Assembly: GCA_963828735.1 (NCBI GenBank)
Contig: CAWHFW010000002.1
Coordinates: 736,001 to 800,000, forward strand
DNA length: 64,000 bases
DNA from: an uncultured Gemmatimonadales bacterium
Lineage (GTDB): Bacteria; Gemmatimonadota; Gemmatimonadetes; Gemmatimonadales; GWC2-71-9
Reading direction: 5' to 3'
Shown: positions 48,381-60,293 of the stretch, in pieces
Position numbering within the stretch: position 1 is the first letter of the stretch
How the letters are laid out: every line of letters begins with the position of its first letter
Program-made: the position numbers and the translations under genes
Notes under the pieces: model-generated
Database searches by the model: none
What the model was told of the DNA's origin: nothing
Seen by the model: the letters and a program-made list of their open reading frames with translations, nothing else

Positions 48381-48758
48381 ATGCCCATCACGGCGCGACA
48401 CCTTTCCGCCCTGCTTGGCAGCTTCGAAGAGCTTCGTAGCCAACGGCGCGTCCTCATCTCGAACCTTCGCGCCCTGATGGACGAAACGCTCTCCCAGAGC
48501 GAGCAGTTGCGGGACGCGTGGTATCCAAAGCCAACGCCACCCTCGTCCGCGTCACTCGCCGGTCGGCTCCGCAGCGACCACGGCCTGACCCCACGCGAGG
48601 TGCAGGTGGCCTTGCTCCTCGCCGAGGGCCTGTCGAACAGCGCCCTCGCGAGGCGACTGGAGATCAGCCCCCACACCGCCCGCCACCATACGCAGCGTGT
48701 GCTCGGCAAACTGGCGGTCCATTCCCGAGCCGAGGCCGGCGCGAAACTCCGGCGTTGA
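48381..48758 (+). CDS. LuxR-type helix-turn-helix regulator
   Basis: LTPREVQVALLLAEGLSN..LA..LEIS.HT...H...VLGKL.VHSR; short helical N-terminus, no receiver domain. Confidence 0.85.
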   Translation: MPITARHLSALLGSFEELRSQRRVLISNLRALMDETLSQSEQLRDAWYPKPTPPSSASLAGRLRSDHGLTPREVQVALLLAEGLSNSALARRLEISPHTARHHTQRVLGKLAVHSRAEAGAKLRR

Positions 48759-49007
48759 GTCACCCGTGGGCGCAATTGCCCATGCAACGTCGCTCGTTCG
48801 CCTTCGCGGTCAGTCCCCTAGAAAGCCAGCAGAAAGCGACCTCTAGTACCCATTTCTCAGCGGCCAGGCACTGGTCGCCCAGCCGGGGGCCCACGGTTGC
48901 CGGTTGACCTGGGCATACGGGAACTCCGCGCGCTCGCAGGATGCATTTCACCGTGCGACTTGACATAGCCTACAGGCCCACATGAGGCTCGCATGCCCAT
49001 GCGGTTG

Positions 49008-49025
49008 TGGGCATTGAACTTGCAT
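49008..49025 (+). promoter_or_regulatory. candidate sigma-54 promoter (-24/-12)
   Basis: TGGGCATTGAACTTGCAT = GGCA-N6-TTGCA (GG-N10-GC); about 65 bp upstream of the ABC exporter. Confidence 0.6.
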
Positions 49026-49087
49026 AGCATTCCGCCACCGCCGAGTCGCACCCCCGACGTCTCGGGTTTCCCGTCAACACCCGGACC

Positions 49088-50857
49088 ATGCAGCCGCCGC
49101 GTCCCTGCCTCGCCGTTCGATCCCTGGAATTCGTCCGCCCGTACGCCCGGCCGCTCGTCGTCGTGCTGGCGCTCGCACTGATCCTCGCCGCGCTGAGCGC
49201 GGTGGACCCCCTCATCATGAAGTACCTCATCGACCTGCTGAGCCAACCGAACGGGGCCCACGCGTTCGCCGTTGCCATGGTCCTCCTGATCGTCCTCGAG
49301 CTGGTCCGCGCAGCGATCCAGTGGTGGCTCGGCGTGGTGAGCTGGGACGTGCGGCTCGGTGTCGAGTACACGGTGCGCGAGCGGGTGGTCAGCAAGCTGA
49401 ACAGCCTGCCACTGGCCTATCACCAGCGGGAGGCCGTGGGTGGCACGATCAACCGCATGAACCAGGGCATCAACGGGTATGTCGCGGCGTTCAGCGATCT
49501 CGCGTTCAATCTGTTGCCTACCACCCTGTACCTGGTGCTCTCGATCCTGGCGATGTACCGATTGGACTGGCGTCTCGCGACCGCGGTCATCGCGTTCACG
49601 CCGCTCCCCGCCCTCATCGGCGCCCGGGCCGCCCCCGAGCAGATCCAGCGCGAGCGTCGACTCGTCGAGCGGTGGAGCTCCATCTACGGCCGGTTCAACG
49701 AGGTCCTGGCCGGGATGATGACGGTGAAGGTCTTCGACATGGAGGAGGCGGAGAAGGAGCGCTTCCTCGACGGCGTCCGGGAGGGAAACGAGGTGGTTCG
49801 GCGCGGCGTCCGGACGGACACGCGAAATGGAGCGATCCGCGGCCTCGGGGCCACGGCGGCTCGGCTCGCGGCGCTCGCGCTTGGCGGGTATTTCGTGTTT
49901 CAGGGTCAGATCGGGCTCGGCACCCTGGTCGCTTTCCTCGGCTACATCGGCGGGCTGTTCGGGCCGGTCCAGGGCGTCACCAACACCTACCAGACCTTCC
50001 GCCGCGCGACGGTATCGCTCGAAAGCATCTACGGCATTCTCGACGTCGAGGACTCGGTCGGCGACCAGCCGAATGCCAGGCAGGTCCCCCCGCTCCGAGG
50101 CGAGGTGCAGTTCCGGCAGGTCGGCTTCGCGTATCAGGCGGGCTCGCCCGTGCTCCGAGGGATAGATCTCGAGGTGCGCCCGGGCGAAACGGTGGCGCTC
50201 GTCGGGCCGAGCGGGAGCGGCAAGACGACGCTCGTCACCCTCCTGCAGCGGCTCCATCCGGTCTCGAGCGGCAGCATCCTGATCGACGGCATCGATGTCC
50301 GCGCCATGACCCAGCGCTCGCTGCGGAACCAGATCGGCGTGGTGTTTCAGGACCCGCACCTGTTCAACGACACGGTGCGCGCCAACATCGCGTACGGGCG
50401 CCCGAACGCGACGGCGCACCAGATCGAAGCGGCCGCGCGGGCCGCGCAGGCCCACGACTTCATCATGGCGCTGCCGGACGGGTACGACACGATCGTGCGC
50501 GAGCGCGGCAGCCGGCTTTCGGGCGGCCAGCGCCAGCGGATCGCGATCGCCCGCGCACTGCTCAAGGACCCACCCATCTTGATTCTCGACGAGGCCACGG
50601 CGGCGCTCGATGCCGAGTCGGAGTACCTGATTCAGCTCGCCCTCAGGCGGCTGCTCCACGGGCGCACCGCACTGGTGATCGCCCACCGGCTGTCGACGGT
50701 TCGGGAGGCGGATCGGATCGTGGTGGTTGATGGCGGGGTCATTACGGAGACGGGGACGCACGAGGAGCTGTGTGCGCGGGCGGGCTACTATGCCTCGGTA
50801 GTGCAGCGGCAGCGGCTCGGGTTCCTGGCGGAGCCGGAGGCCGGGAAGGCGGCGTAA
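49088..50857 (+). CDS. ABC exporter, fused permease/ATPase (MsbA/Sav1866-like)
   Basis: N-terminal TM domain; [33 protein letters not shown]. Confidence 0.9.
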   Translation: MQPPRPCLAVRSLEFVRPYARPLVVVLALALILAALSAVDPLIMKYLIDLLSQPNGAHAFAVAMVLLIVLELVRAAIQWWLGVVSWDVRLGVEYTVRERVVSKLNSLPLAYHQREAVGGTINRMNQGINGYVAAFSDLAFNLLPTTLYLVLSILAMYRLDWRLATAVIAFTPLPALIGARAAPEQIQRERRLVERWSSIYGRFNEVLAGMMTVKVFDMEEAEKERFLDGVREGNEVVRRGVRTDTRNGAIRGLGATAARLAALALGGYFVFQGQIGLGTLVAFLGYIGGLFGPVQGVTNTYQTFRRATVSLESIYGILDVEDSVGDQPNARQVPPLRGEVQFRQVGFAYQAGSPVLRGIDLEVRPGETVALVGPSGSGKTTLVTLLQRLHPVSSGSILIDGIDVRAMTQRSLRNQIGVVFQDPHLFNDTVRANIAYGRPNATAHQIEAAARAAQAHDFIMALPDGYDTIVRERGSRLSGGQRQRIAIARALLKDPPILILDEATAALDAESEYLIQLALRRLLHGRTALVIAHRLSTVREADRIVVVDGGVITETGTHEELCARAGYYASVVQRQRLGFLAEPEAGKAA

Positions 50858-50909
50858 CCGGACTGACCAAGCGAAGGTGCCGTCGTCCCGAGGGCCGGCC
50901 CAATCCTCC

Positions 50910-51443
50910 CTACATCTCCTCCTCGAACGCCGTGAAGGGCGGGACGTTGGCCAGCCAGAACCCGGCCAGTCCGCCCTGCTGATCCACCTCGACGTAGAAG
51001 TTGTCGGCCACCCTCACGACCTCGACTGCCCGCCGGGGGCCGATCCGCAGATGGAACAGACTCTCGGCGCCGTTGGTCTCGACCGACAGCGTGGTATCCA
51101 CCTCCATCGAGGCCACGCCGGGACGGGACGGCCGCGACGGCAGCACCACGCGGCCGTCGGTGAGCCGTACGGGGATCTGCAGGCTCGAGCTGGTGGTGAC
51201 CTCAGGCCACACCACCACGTCCAATCCGCAGATCACGCCGTTGTTCACGTCCAGCACCGCGACCGAGCCCTCGGCGTCGGTCAGCTCCACGGTGCCCGTC
51301 AGGCCACCGCTCTTTCGGTTGCCCTTGAAGGCACCCGACAGGATGTCGGTCTCCGGATCCCATCGCCATGCGATCGACGGCAGGCCTCCCGTCAGCGGCT
51401 CGACTCGCGCCTCGACGTTCACCGTGGCGACCTCAGGCCGCAC
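50910..51443 (-). CDS. hypothetical protein, possibly tandem DUF2283-like domains
   Basis: WRWDPETDIL...VLDVNNGVICGLDV and TNGAESLFHLRI...VEVDQQGGLAGFWL; overlaps the aminotransferase stop. Confidence 0.7.
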   Translation of the reverse strand: MRPEVATVNVEARVEPLTGGLPSIAWRWDPETDILSGAFKGNRKSGGLTGTVELTDAEGSVAVLDVNNGVICGLDVVVWPEVTTSSSLQIPVRLTDGRVVLPSRPSRPGVASMEVDTTLSVETNGAESLFHLRIGPRRAVEVVRVADNFYVEVDQQGGLAGFWLANVPPFTAFEEEM

Positions 51444-52644
51444 GCGCGGACGCGAGCCGATGGATCAGTCCGAAGATCTTGTCCAAGGCCCTCTCCAGTT
51501 CGGCGTCCGAGACGGCGTAGCTCAAGCGCACCCAGCGATCGTCGGCGAACGCCCCGCCCGGCACCAGGGCGACGCCCTCCTGCTTCATGAGCTGCTCGCA
51601 GAAGGCGCTGCCGGTCAGCGGCTCCTTCTCGCGGATGCCGTCCACCCGGAAGAAGAAATAGAAGGCGCCGTGGGGCTCCACGAACTCGATCCCGGGAGCC
51701 TCGCGGCGAAACCGCTCCACCAGCATGTCCCGCCTTTGGCGGAAGGCGGCCACCATCCTGGTGACCTCCGCGTCCACCTTGTCGTCGGAGAAGGCGGTCG
51801 CGGCAGCCCACATCGCGGGCTGGTTGGCGCCCGTGGTCGTGTGAGACTGGAGTGCAGCCATCGCCTTGGTGAGGTGGGGCGGCGCGAGCGCCGCGCCGAT
51901 CCGCCACCCCGTCATCGCGTACGCCTTGCTCGCGCCGTAGATGATCACCGTGCGCTCGAGCAGGTCGTCCGGCAGGTCCAGCAGCGAGGGCGCCGGACCG
52001 GGCCCGTAATTGATGCGCCGATAGATCTCGTCCGAAATGATCCAGACGTCATTCGCCTTGGCCCACTCGGCGATCGACCGGAGCTCGGCGAGGGTGTACA
52101 CGGCCCCCGTCGGGTTGCACGGCGAGCAGAGGATGAGGCCGCGGGTCAGCTTGTTGCTGGCCCGGTCCAGATCCCGGGCGCTTACCTTGAGACCCCACTC
52201 GAGGTCTCCCGGCACCAGCACCGGCTCGGCCCGCGAGAGATGCACGATCTGCGGATAGGAGACCCAGGCCGGCGCGGGAATCAGCACGCGATCCTTCGGC
52301 CCGAACAACGTGAAGCACGCGTTGAAGATCGACTGCTTCGATCCCGAGCTGACGGTGATCTGGTCGGGGTCGACCGGCCGCCCACCCGACATCCGGCTCA
52401 TGTTCTGCGCGATCGCCTTCCGCAGCTCCGGAATGCCGACATTGGGAGGATAGCGCGTCAGGCCCTTCTGGATGGCCTGAATGCCCGCCTGCGCGCCCGC
52501 CGCCGGCGTATCGAAGTCGGGCTCGCCGACGCCGAGATCGAGGACGTCCTCGCCTGCCGCCTTGCGCCGCTTCGCCTCGTTGCTGATGGCGACGGTTTCC
52601 GAGGCCTTGAGGTGCTGGACGTTCAGCGAAAGCGGGTCGGGCAT
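51433..52644 (-). CDS. aspC: PLP-dependent class I/II (aspartate) aminotransferase
   Basis: GEPDFDTP, GSKQSIFN, SPCNPTG, SDEIY, SKAYAMTGWRIG, VRLSYA. Confidence 0.9.
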   Translation of the reverse strand: MPDPLSLNVQHLKASETVAISNEAKRRKAAGEDVLDLGVGEPDFDTPAAGAQAGIQAIQKGLTRYPPNVGIPELRKAIAQNMSRMSGGRPVDPDQITVSSGSKQSIFNACFTLFGPKDRVLIPAPAWVSYPQIVHLSRAEPVLVPGDLEWGLKVSARDLDRASNKLTRGLILCSPCNPTGAVYTLAELRSIAEWAKANDVWIISDEIYRRINYGPGPAPSLLDLPDDLLERTVIIYGASKAYAMTGWRIGAALAPPHLTKAMAALQSHTTTGANQPAMWAAATAFSDDKVDAEVTRMVAAFRQRRDMLVERFRREAPGIEFVEPHGAFYFFFRVDGIREKEPLTGSAFCEQLMKQEGVALVPGGAFADDRWVRLSYAVSDAELERALDKIFGLIHRLASARAA

Positions 52645-52850
52645 GCACGAAATCCGGAGATGAGAGAGTCGATGGAAGGTCGGGGGAAAGGTCAGGCCCC
52701 GGAAGGGCGATGTCAACCGGGCGCCGGGCCCGGACGATGACCGCGGCGCGGAGGCGCAACGTCGCCTTGCGAATCCGAGTCGGCATTGCCGGTGATGCTG
52801 CGCGCTCTTAGCTTGGCGGGGCCGTATCCACCCATCCCGCCGAGGCACGT

Positions 52851-54302
52851 GTGACCGCTCTGGAGGACCTGCACCTCACCCCGCCGATCGCCGACGCCCT
52901 CGCCCGCCTCGGCTGGAGCGTGGACGACGCGCGGCTGCGCGAGGCGGCCCCGACGGCGGCCCGCGGTCACAATCTCGTCCTCGTCGTCCCTCCGTCGCCG
53001 GCGGCGGCAGCGCCGGCCCTGGCGGGCATGCTCACCCGGCTCGGAGAGGGCCACGGCGGCCTGGTGCTGGCGCCGGCCAGCCAGCTGGACGAATGGGGCC
53101 GTGTCGCTCGCCAGGTCGCGGGCGCGTCCGCGCTGCGGATCCACGTTGCCCGCGGCACGTCACGCGCCACACGACGCCTGCGGGACGATGCCGTCGACCT
53201 GCTGATCGCGACACCCGAGACCGCTCTCGCGCTCCAGCGGCGCGCCGCGCTGCACGCGGACGCGCTCGCCGCCGTGCTCCTGGCCTGGCCGGAAGCGTGG
53301 GAGGACGAAGAGGCGGTGGGTCCGCTGATGCAGGACATGAAGGAGGTGCAGCGGATCGTCGTCACGTCCGCGCCCGAGCGAGCGACAGCCCTGGTGGAGC
53401 GCTATGCCCGCCGCGCCCTGACCCTGGGCGCCGACGCGCTGCACGCCGAGCCAGTCGGTCCCGTACGAACCGTTACGGTCCCATGGAGTCGCCGCATCGC
53501 CGCCCTCGCCGATCTGGTCGAGCTGCTGGATCCGACGTCGCTCGTGATCTGGACCGCGGACCGCGGCCTCCACGACGCGATCACCGCCGTCGTCGGCCTG
53601 GACGAACGCGACGCGAGCGTGGTGACCGGCGACGCGCCGGCGGCAGGCACCATCATCGCCTTCGATCTGCCCGACGCGCCGAGGCTCGCGCAGCTCGTGG
53701 GCGCGGGCGAGCTCGTGCTTCTGGTGCCGCCCGGTGCCGAGGGATACCTCGAGCGGCTCGCCACACCGCGTCGCCCGCTTCGCCTGCCGGGCGCGCTCGA
53801 GGCCGCCACGACCGCGGCCGCGGCGCGCCGGGCGGCCATCGTCCGGGCCATCGAGACGGGCACACCCGACCGCGCGCTCCTGACCCTGGCGCCGCTCTTC
53901 GAGCGGCACGACCCCGCCGCGGTGGCGGCGGCGCTGTACGAGCTCTGGACGAGCGCAGCCGGGGCGGCGGGGCCGGCAGCGTTACCGGACATCCCGGCCA
54001 CGGCCCGGATCTACGTCGGTGTGGGGAAGAAGGACGGAGCGACGGTCAACGATCTCGTCGCCGTGCTGACCAAGGATATCCGCGTGGAGCGCGGGAAGAT
54101 CGGACGGGTCGAGCTGCGCGACGCGTTCTCGCTGGTCGAGCTCCCGGCCCAGGACGCCGAGCGGGTCGCGACTGCGCTCAACGGGACGACGATCCGGCGG
54201 CGGCGGGTGACGGCGCGGGTGGACCGCGGCGGGTCATCGCGCGGGCCCACGCCGCGCCCTGGAGCGCCGCGCCGCGGGGGCCGACCGCCGGAGAAGCGCT
54301 AG
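52851..54302 (+). CDS. degenerate DEAD-box helicase-like protein with C-terminal DbpA RNA-binding domain
   Basis: DEAD-like N-terminus (LEDLHL...[14 protein letters not shown]) but no GKT or [15 protein letters not shown]...[14 protein letters not shown] matches the DbpA RNA-binding domain. Confidence 0.75.
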   Translation: MTALEDLHLTPPIADALARLGWSVDDARLREAAPTAARGHNLVLVVPPSPAAAAPALAGMLTRLGEGHGGLVLAPASQLDEWGRVARQVAGASALRIHVARGTSRATRRLRDDAVDLLIATPETALALQRRAALHADALAAVLLAWPEAWEDEEAVGPLMQDMKEVQRIVVTSAPERATALVERYARRALTLGADALHAEPVGPVRTVTVPWSRRIAALADLVELLDPTSLVIWTADRGLHDAITAVVGLDERDASVVTGDAPAAGTIIAFDLPDAPRLAQLVGAGELVLLVPPGAEGYLERLATPRRPLRLPGALEAATTAAAARRAAIVRAIETGTPDRALLTLAPLFERHDPAAVAAALYELWTSAAGAAGPAALPDIPATARIYVGVGKKDGATVNDLVAVLTKDIRVERGKIGRVELRDAFSLVELPAQDAERVATALNGTTIRRRRVTARVDRGGSSRGPTPRPGAPRRGGRPPEKR

Positions 54303-54589
54303 CGCTTCCGGTTGACCAGCTCCTTCAGAACCCGACCGGCGCGAAACGCCGGCACCATCGACGCCTTGATCGTGATGCTCTTGCCGGTGCGCGGATTGCG
54401 CCCCTCGCGCGCCGCCCGCTTGCGGAGCTCGAAGTTCCCGAAGCCGCTGATCGCCACCTTCCCGCCGCGCTTGAGCTCGGCCGCGATCACTCCGTCCGCC
54501 GCGAAGAAGAGCTCGGTGATTTCGGCCGCCCGCGTGCGCGTCACGTCGAGCCGCTTGGCCACGACGCCGATCAACTCCTGCTTGTTCAC
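54299..54589 (-). CDS. hup: HU-family DNA-binding protein
   Basis: [30 protein letters not shown] start with AAGGAG SD. Confidence 0.93.
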   Translation of the reverse strand: MNKQELIGVVAKRLDVTRTRAAEITELFFAADGVIAAELKRGGKVAISGFGNFELRKRAAREGRNPRTGKSITIKASMVPAFRAGRVLKELVNRKR

Positions 54590-54709
54590 GGGCTCTCCTT
54601 GAGGGCGGGCGACGAATATCGCCGCGCGTGCGAACGCGCCGCAAGACCGCTGGCGCCGCGGCGGCGGCCCTCTAGATTGCGTCCTCGCCCCGACGAATGG
54701 AGATCCTGG

Positions 54710-55315
54710 ATGTACTACGGCTCGCACCCCGGCTGGATCGAGGTGATCAGCGGCGTCATGTTCGCCGGCAAGAGCGAGGAGTTGATCCGGCGGGTCCGGC
54801 GGGGGATCATTGCGCGCCGGCGGGTGCAGGTCTTCAAATCCCATCTCGACGCCCGTTACACGGGCCTCTACTCGGTCTCCAGCCACGACGGCACCGAGCT
54901 GGACGCGTCGCCGGTCGACTCGGCCGCCGAGATCTTCCGCCTGGTACGGCCCGAGTCGCAGCTCGTCGCCATCGACGAGGCCCAGTTTCTGGATCCGGAC
55001 ATCGTCATCGTCGCCACGACGCTCGCGAGCCGCGGCGTGCGCGTGATCCTGGCCGGCACGGACACCGATTTCCGCGGCGAGCCGTTCGGCTCGATGGGCG
55101 AGCTCATGGCCATCGCGGAAGTCGTCGACAAGCTGCAGGCCATCTGCGTCGTCTGTGGCGATCCGGCCTGCCGGAATCAGCGCCTCCTCAACGGGAAACC
55201 GGCGCGCTACGACTCTCCGACCATCATGGTGGGCGGCCGCGAGAGCTACGAGGCGCGCTGCCGACACTGCCACCAGGTACCTCGGCGGGACGAGGACCAG
55301 ACGGCGCTCCTCTAG
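54710..55315 (+). CDS. tdk: thymidine kinase
   Basis: [31 protein letters not shown] and YEARCRHCH zinc site. Confidence 0.94.
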   Translation: MYYGSHPGWIEVISGVMFAGKSEELIRRVRRGIIARRRVQVFKSHLDARYTGLYSVSSHDGTELDASPVDSAAEIFRLVRPESQLVAIDEAQFLDPDIVIVATTLASRGVRVILAGTDTDFRGEPFGSMGELMAIAEVVDKLQAICVVCGDPACRNQRLLNGKPARYDSPTIMVGGRESYEARCRHCHQVPRRDEDQTALL

Positions 55316-55325
55316 CCTGCCGACG

Positions 55326-55940
55326 ATGCTCAACGTCGCGCTCACGGGCAACATCGCCGCCGGGAAATCCACGGTGGCCGAGCTGTTTGAGCGCTGGGGG
55401 GCGACGCTCATCGACGCCGACCGCCTGGTCCGCGAGGCGCAGGCCCCGGGCACCGCGGTGCTGCGCGCGATCGCCGACCGCTTCGGGCCGGGCGTGCTCG
55501 ACCGCTCGGGCGCGCTCGACCGACCGGTCCTCCGCCGGCTGGTCATGGCCGATCCGGCCGCCCTCGCCGACCTCAACCGGATCGTGCACCCGGACGTGCT
55601 TCGGCGCCGGGCGGCGCTCGAAGCGGAAGCCCGCGCGCGGGGCGACCGGGTCGTGGTGAGCGACATCCCGCTGCTGTTCGAGGCGGGGGACCCCGCCGCG
55701 TTCGACGCCGTCGTGCTGGTGGACGCTCCCGTCGAGGTTCGGCGGGCGCGGCTCCTGACCGAGCGCGGCCTCGCCGCCGAGGACGCCGATCGCATGCTCG
55801 CGGCGCAGGCCCCGAGCGTCCCCAAGCGCGCGCGGAGCACCCACGTGATCGACAACGACGGCGACCGCACGGCGCTCGAGGCGCGAGCACGCGAGGTGTG
55901 GATGCAGCTCGTCGCGCTCGCGTCGCGCGGCGACGCTTGA
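55326..55940 (+). CDS. coaE: dephospho-CoA kinase
   Basis: ALTGNIAAGKSTV, IDAD, LDR..L, IVHP, DIPLLFE, VIDNDG. Confidence 0.93.
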   Translation: MLNVALTGNIAAGKSTVAELFERWGATLIDADRLVREAQAPGTAVLRAIADRFGPGVLDRSGALDRPVLRRLVMADPAALADLNRIVHPDVLRRRAALEAEARARGDRVVVSDIPLLFEAGDPAAFDAVVLVDAPVEVRRARLLTERGLAAEDADRMLAAQAPSVPKRARSTHVIDNDGDRTALEARAREVWMQLVALASRGDA

Positions 55941-55997
55941 CCTCGCTTCCTCGCCCGCCTATCCTCCCACGCGCGTCCTCGAGCACACGAGTCTTCC

Positions 55998-56387
55998 GTG
56001 TCGAACGTCCCTGACGACCTGCAGTACACCGCCGAGCACGAGTACGTCGCCCGTACGAGCGATCCCGCGGTCGTGCGCGTGGGCATCACCGACTACGCGC
56101 AGGGCGAGCTCGGCGACGTCGTGTTCGTCAACCTGCCGAAGCCCGGCCAGCAGCTGGGCGCCCACGAGTCGTTCGGGACGATCGAGGCCGTGAAGGCGGT
56201 CTCCGAGCTGTACAGCCCGGTGCCCGGCGAGGTCGTGGAGGTGAACGGCACCCTCGACGGCGACCCGGCGGTGGTCAACCGCGATCCCTACGGCGATGGC
56301 TGGATGGTGGCCCTGCGGGTCACGGATGCGAGCTCGCTGGCGGGACTGCTCTCGCCCTCCGCGTACCGGGCGCACATCGGAGAGTGA
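55998..56387 (+). CDS. gcvH: glycine cleavage system H protein
   Basis: GITDYAQGELGDVVFV, IEAVKAVSE (lipoyl Lys), NRDPYGDGW. Confidence 0.95.
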   Translation: MSNVPDDLQYTAEHEYVARTSDPAVVRVGITDYAQGELGDVVFVNLPKPGQQLGAHESFGTIEAVKAVSELYSPVPGEVVEVNGTLDGDPAVVNRDPYGDGWMVALRVTDASSLAGLLSPSAYRAHIGE

Positions 56388-56434
56388 TCGCCGTGAGCAG
56401 GAACAACCCCTGTGACAGCCGAAGTCTGAACGAT

Positions 56435-56464
56435 GCCCCGAGCGCGTGGTCTCGGGGCTTTTTT
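56435..56464 (+). terminator. intrinsic terminator between gcvH and gcvP
   Basis: GCCCCGAG-N8-CTCGGGGC followed by TTTTTT. Confidence 0.8.
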
Positions 56465-56520
56465 GTGTCCCGCCCGACCGCCGTGCCGTCCACGTTTACC
56501 CGCTGGAGCGCGATGCACCG

Positions 56521-59420
<2,900 letters not shown>

Positions 59421-59424
<4 letters not shown>

Positions 59425-60230
59425 GGCCGGCGCCCACCACTGCAGGACTGCTCCAGCCCTATCTGGTCTGGTCCGACCCCGTGCCCCGGCCCGGGTGGCT
59501 GAACATGGCCATCGACTCGACCCTGCTCGAGCGGGCCGAGGCGGGGGAGCGGTGGCTCCGGCTCTACGCGTGGGAGCCGACGCTCTCGTTCGGACGCCAC
59601 GAGCCGGCCGCTCGTCGGTACGATGCCGGGTGCATCGAGACGATGGGACTCGCCGTCGTCCGGCGACCGACCGGAGGACGTGCGGTGTGGCACGCCGGCG
59701 AGCTCACCTATGCCGTGGCCGCGCCCGCCGAGGAGCTCGGCTCGCTCCGTGACGCCTACATCGCGATCCATCTCGTCCTGCGGGACGCCATTCGACGGCT
59801 CGGCGCCCGGGCGGAGCTCGCGCCGCTCGGCCGCGCGCGGGGCGTGGATGCCGGCGCCTGTTTCGCGAGTCCAGCCGGCGGCGAGGTGATGGTGATGGGC
59901 CGGAAGGCCGTCGGAAGCGCGCAGCTGCGGCGCGGCGCGGCGCTGCTCCAGCACGGCAGCATCCTGCTGGAAGACGACCAGGCCATCGTCGGGCAGGTGA
60001 CGCGAGGCGAGGCGCCGGCCGACCTGTCGCTCCCGCTCCGCCGCGCGCTGGGCCGCATCGTTCCCTGGGCCGAGGCCGCGAGCGCAGTGACCGCCGCGGC
60101 CGCGGACGCCTGGGGTGCGGGATCGCGGCCAGGCCGCGACGAGGAAGCCGCGGTCCTCGCGCGCGCCACAGATTCGAGCGAGCGCTTCCGCGCTCCTGCC
60201 TGGACCTGGTCAGGCGCCCCCGGCGGCTGA
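59421..60230 (+). CDS. lipoate-protein ligase / octanoyltransferase (LplA/LipM family)
   Basis: [39 protein letters not shown] overlap with gcvP. Confidence 0.88.
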
Positions 60231-60293
60231 CGCCGCCGGCCCACCCTGCTACATTTTCGGCATCCCCTCCGCATCGCTCACATCGGAGCTGCC

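Noticed and set aside
52690..52712. SRP RNA-like GGTCAGG...GGAAGG
   Set aside because: Lacks the AGCAG strand of the conserved loop and a long closing stem.
56379..56430. Glycine riboswitch (GGAGAG...GCCGAAG)
   Set aside because: The conserved CTCAGG segment and P1 pairing are not found, and GGAGAG is the end of the gcvH coding sequence.
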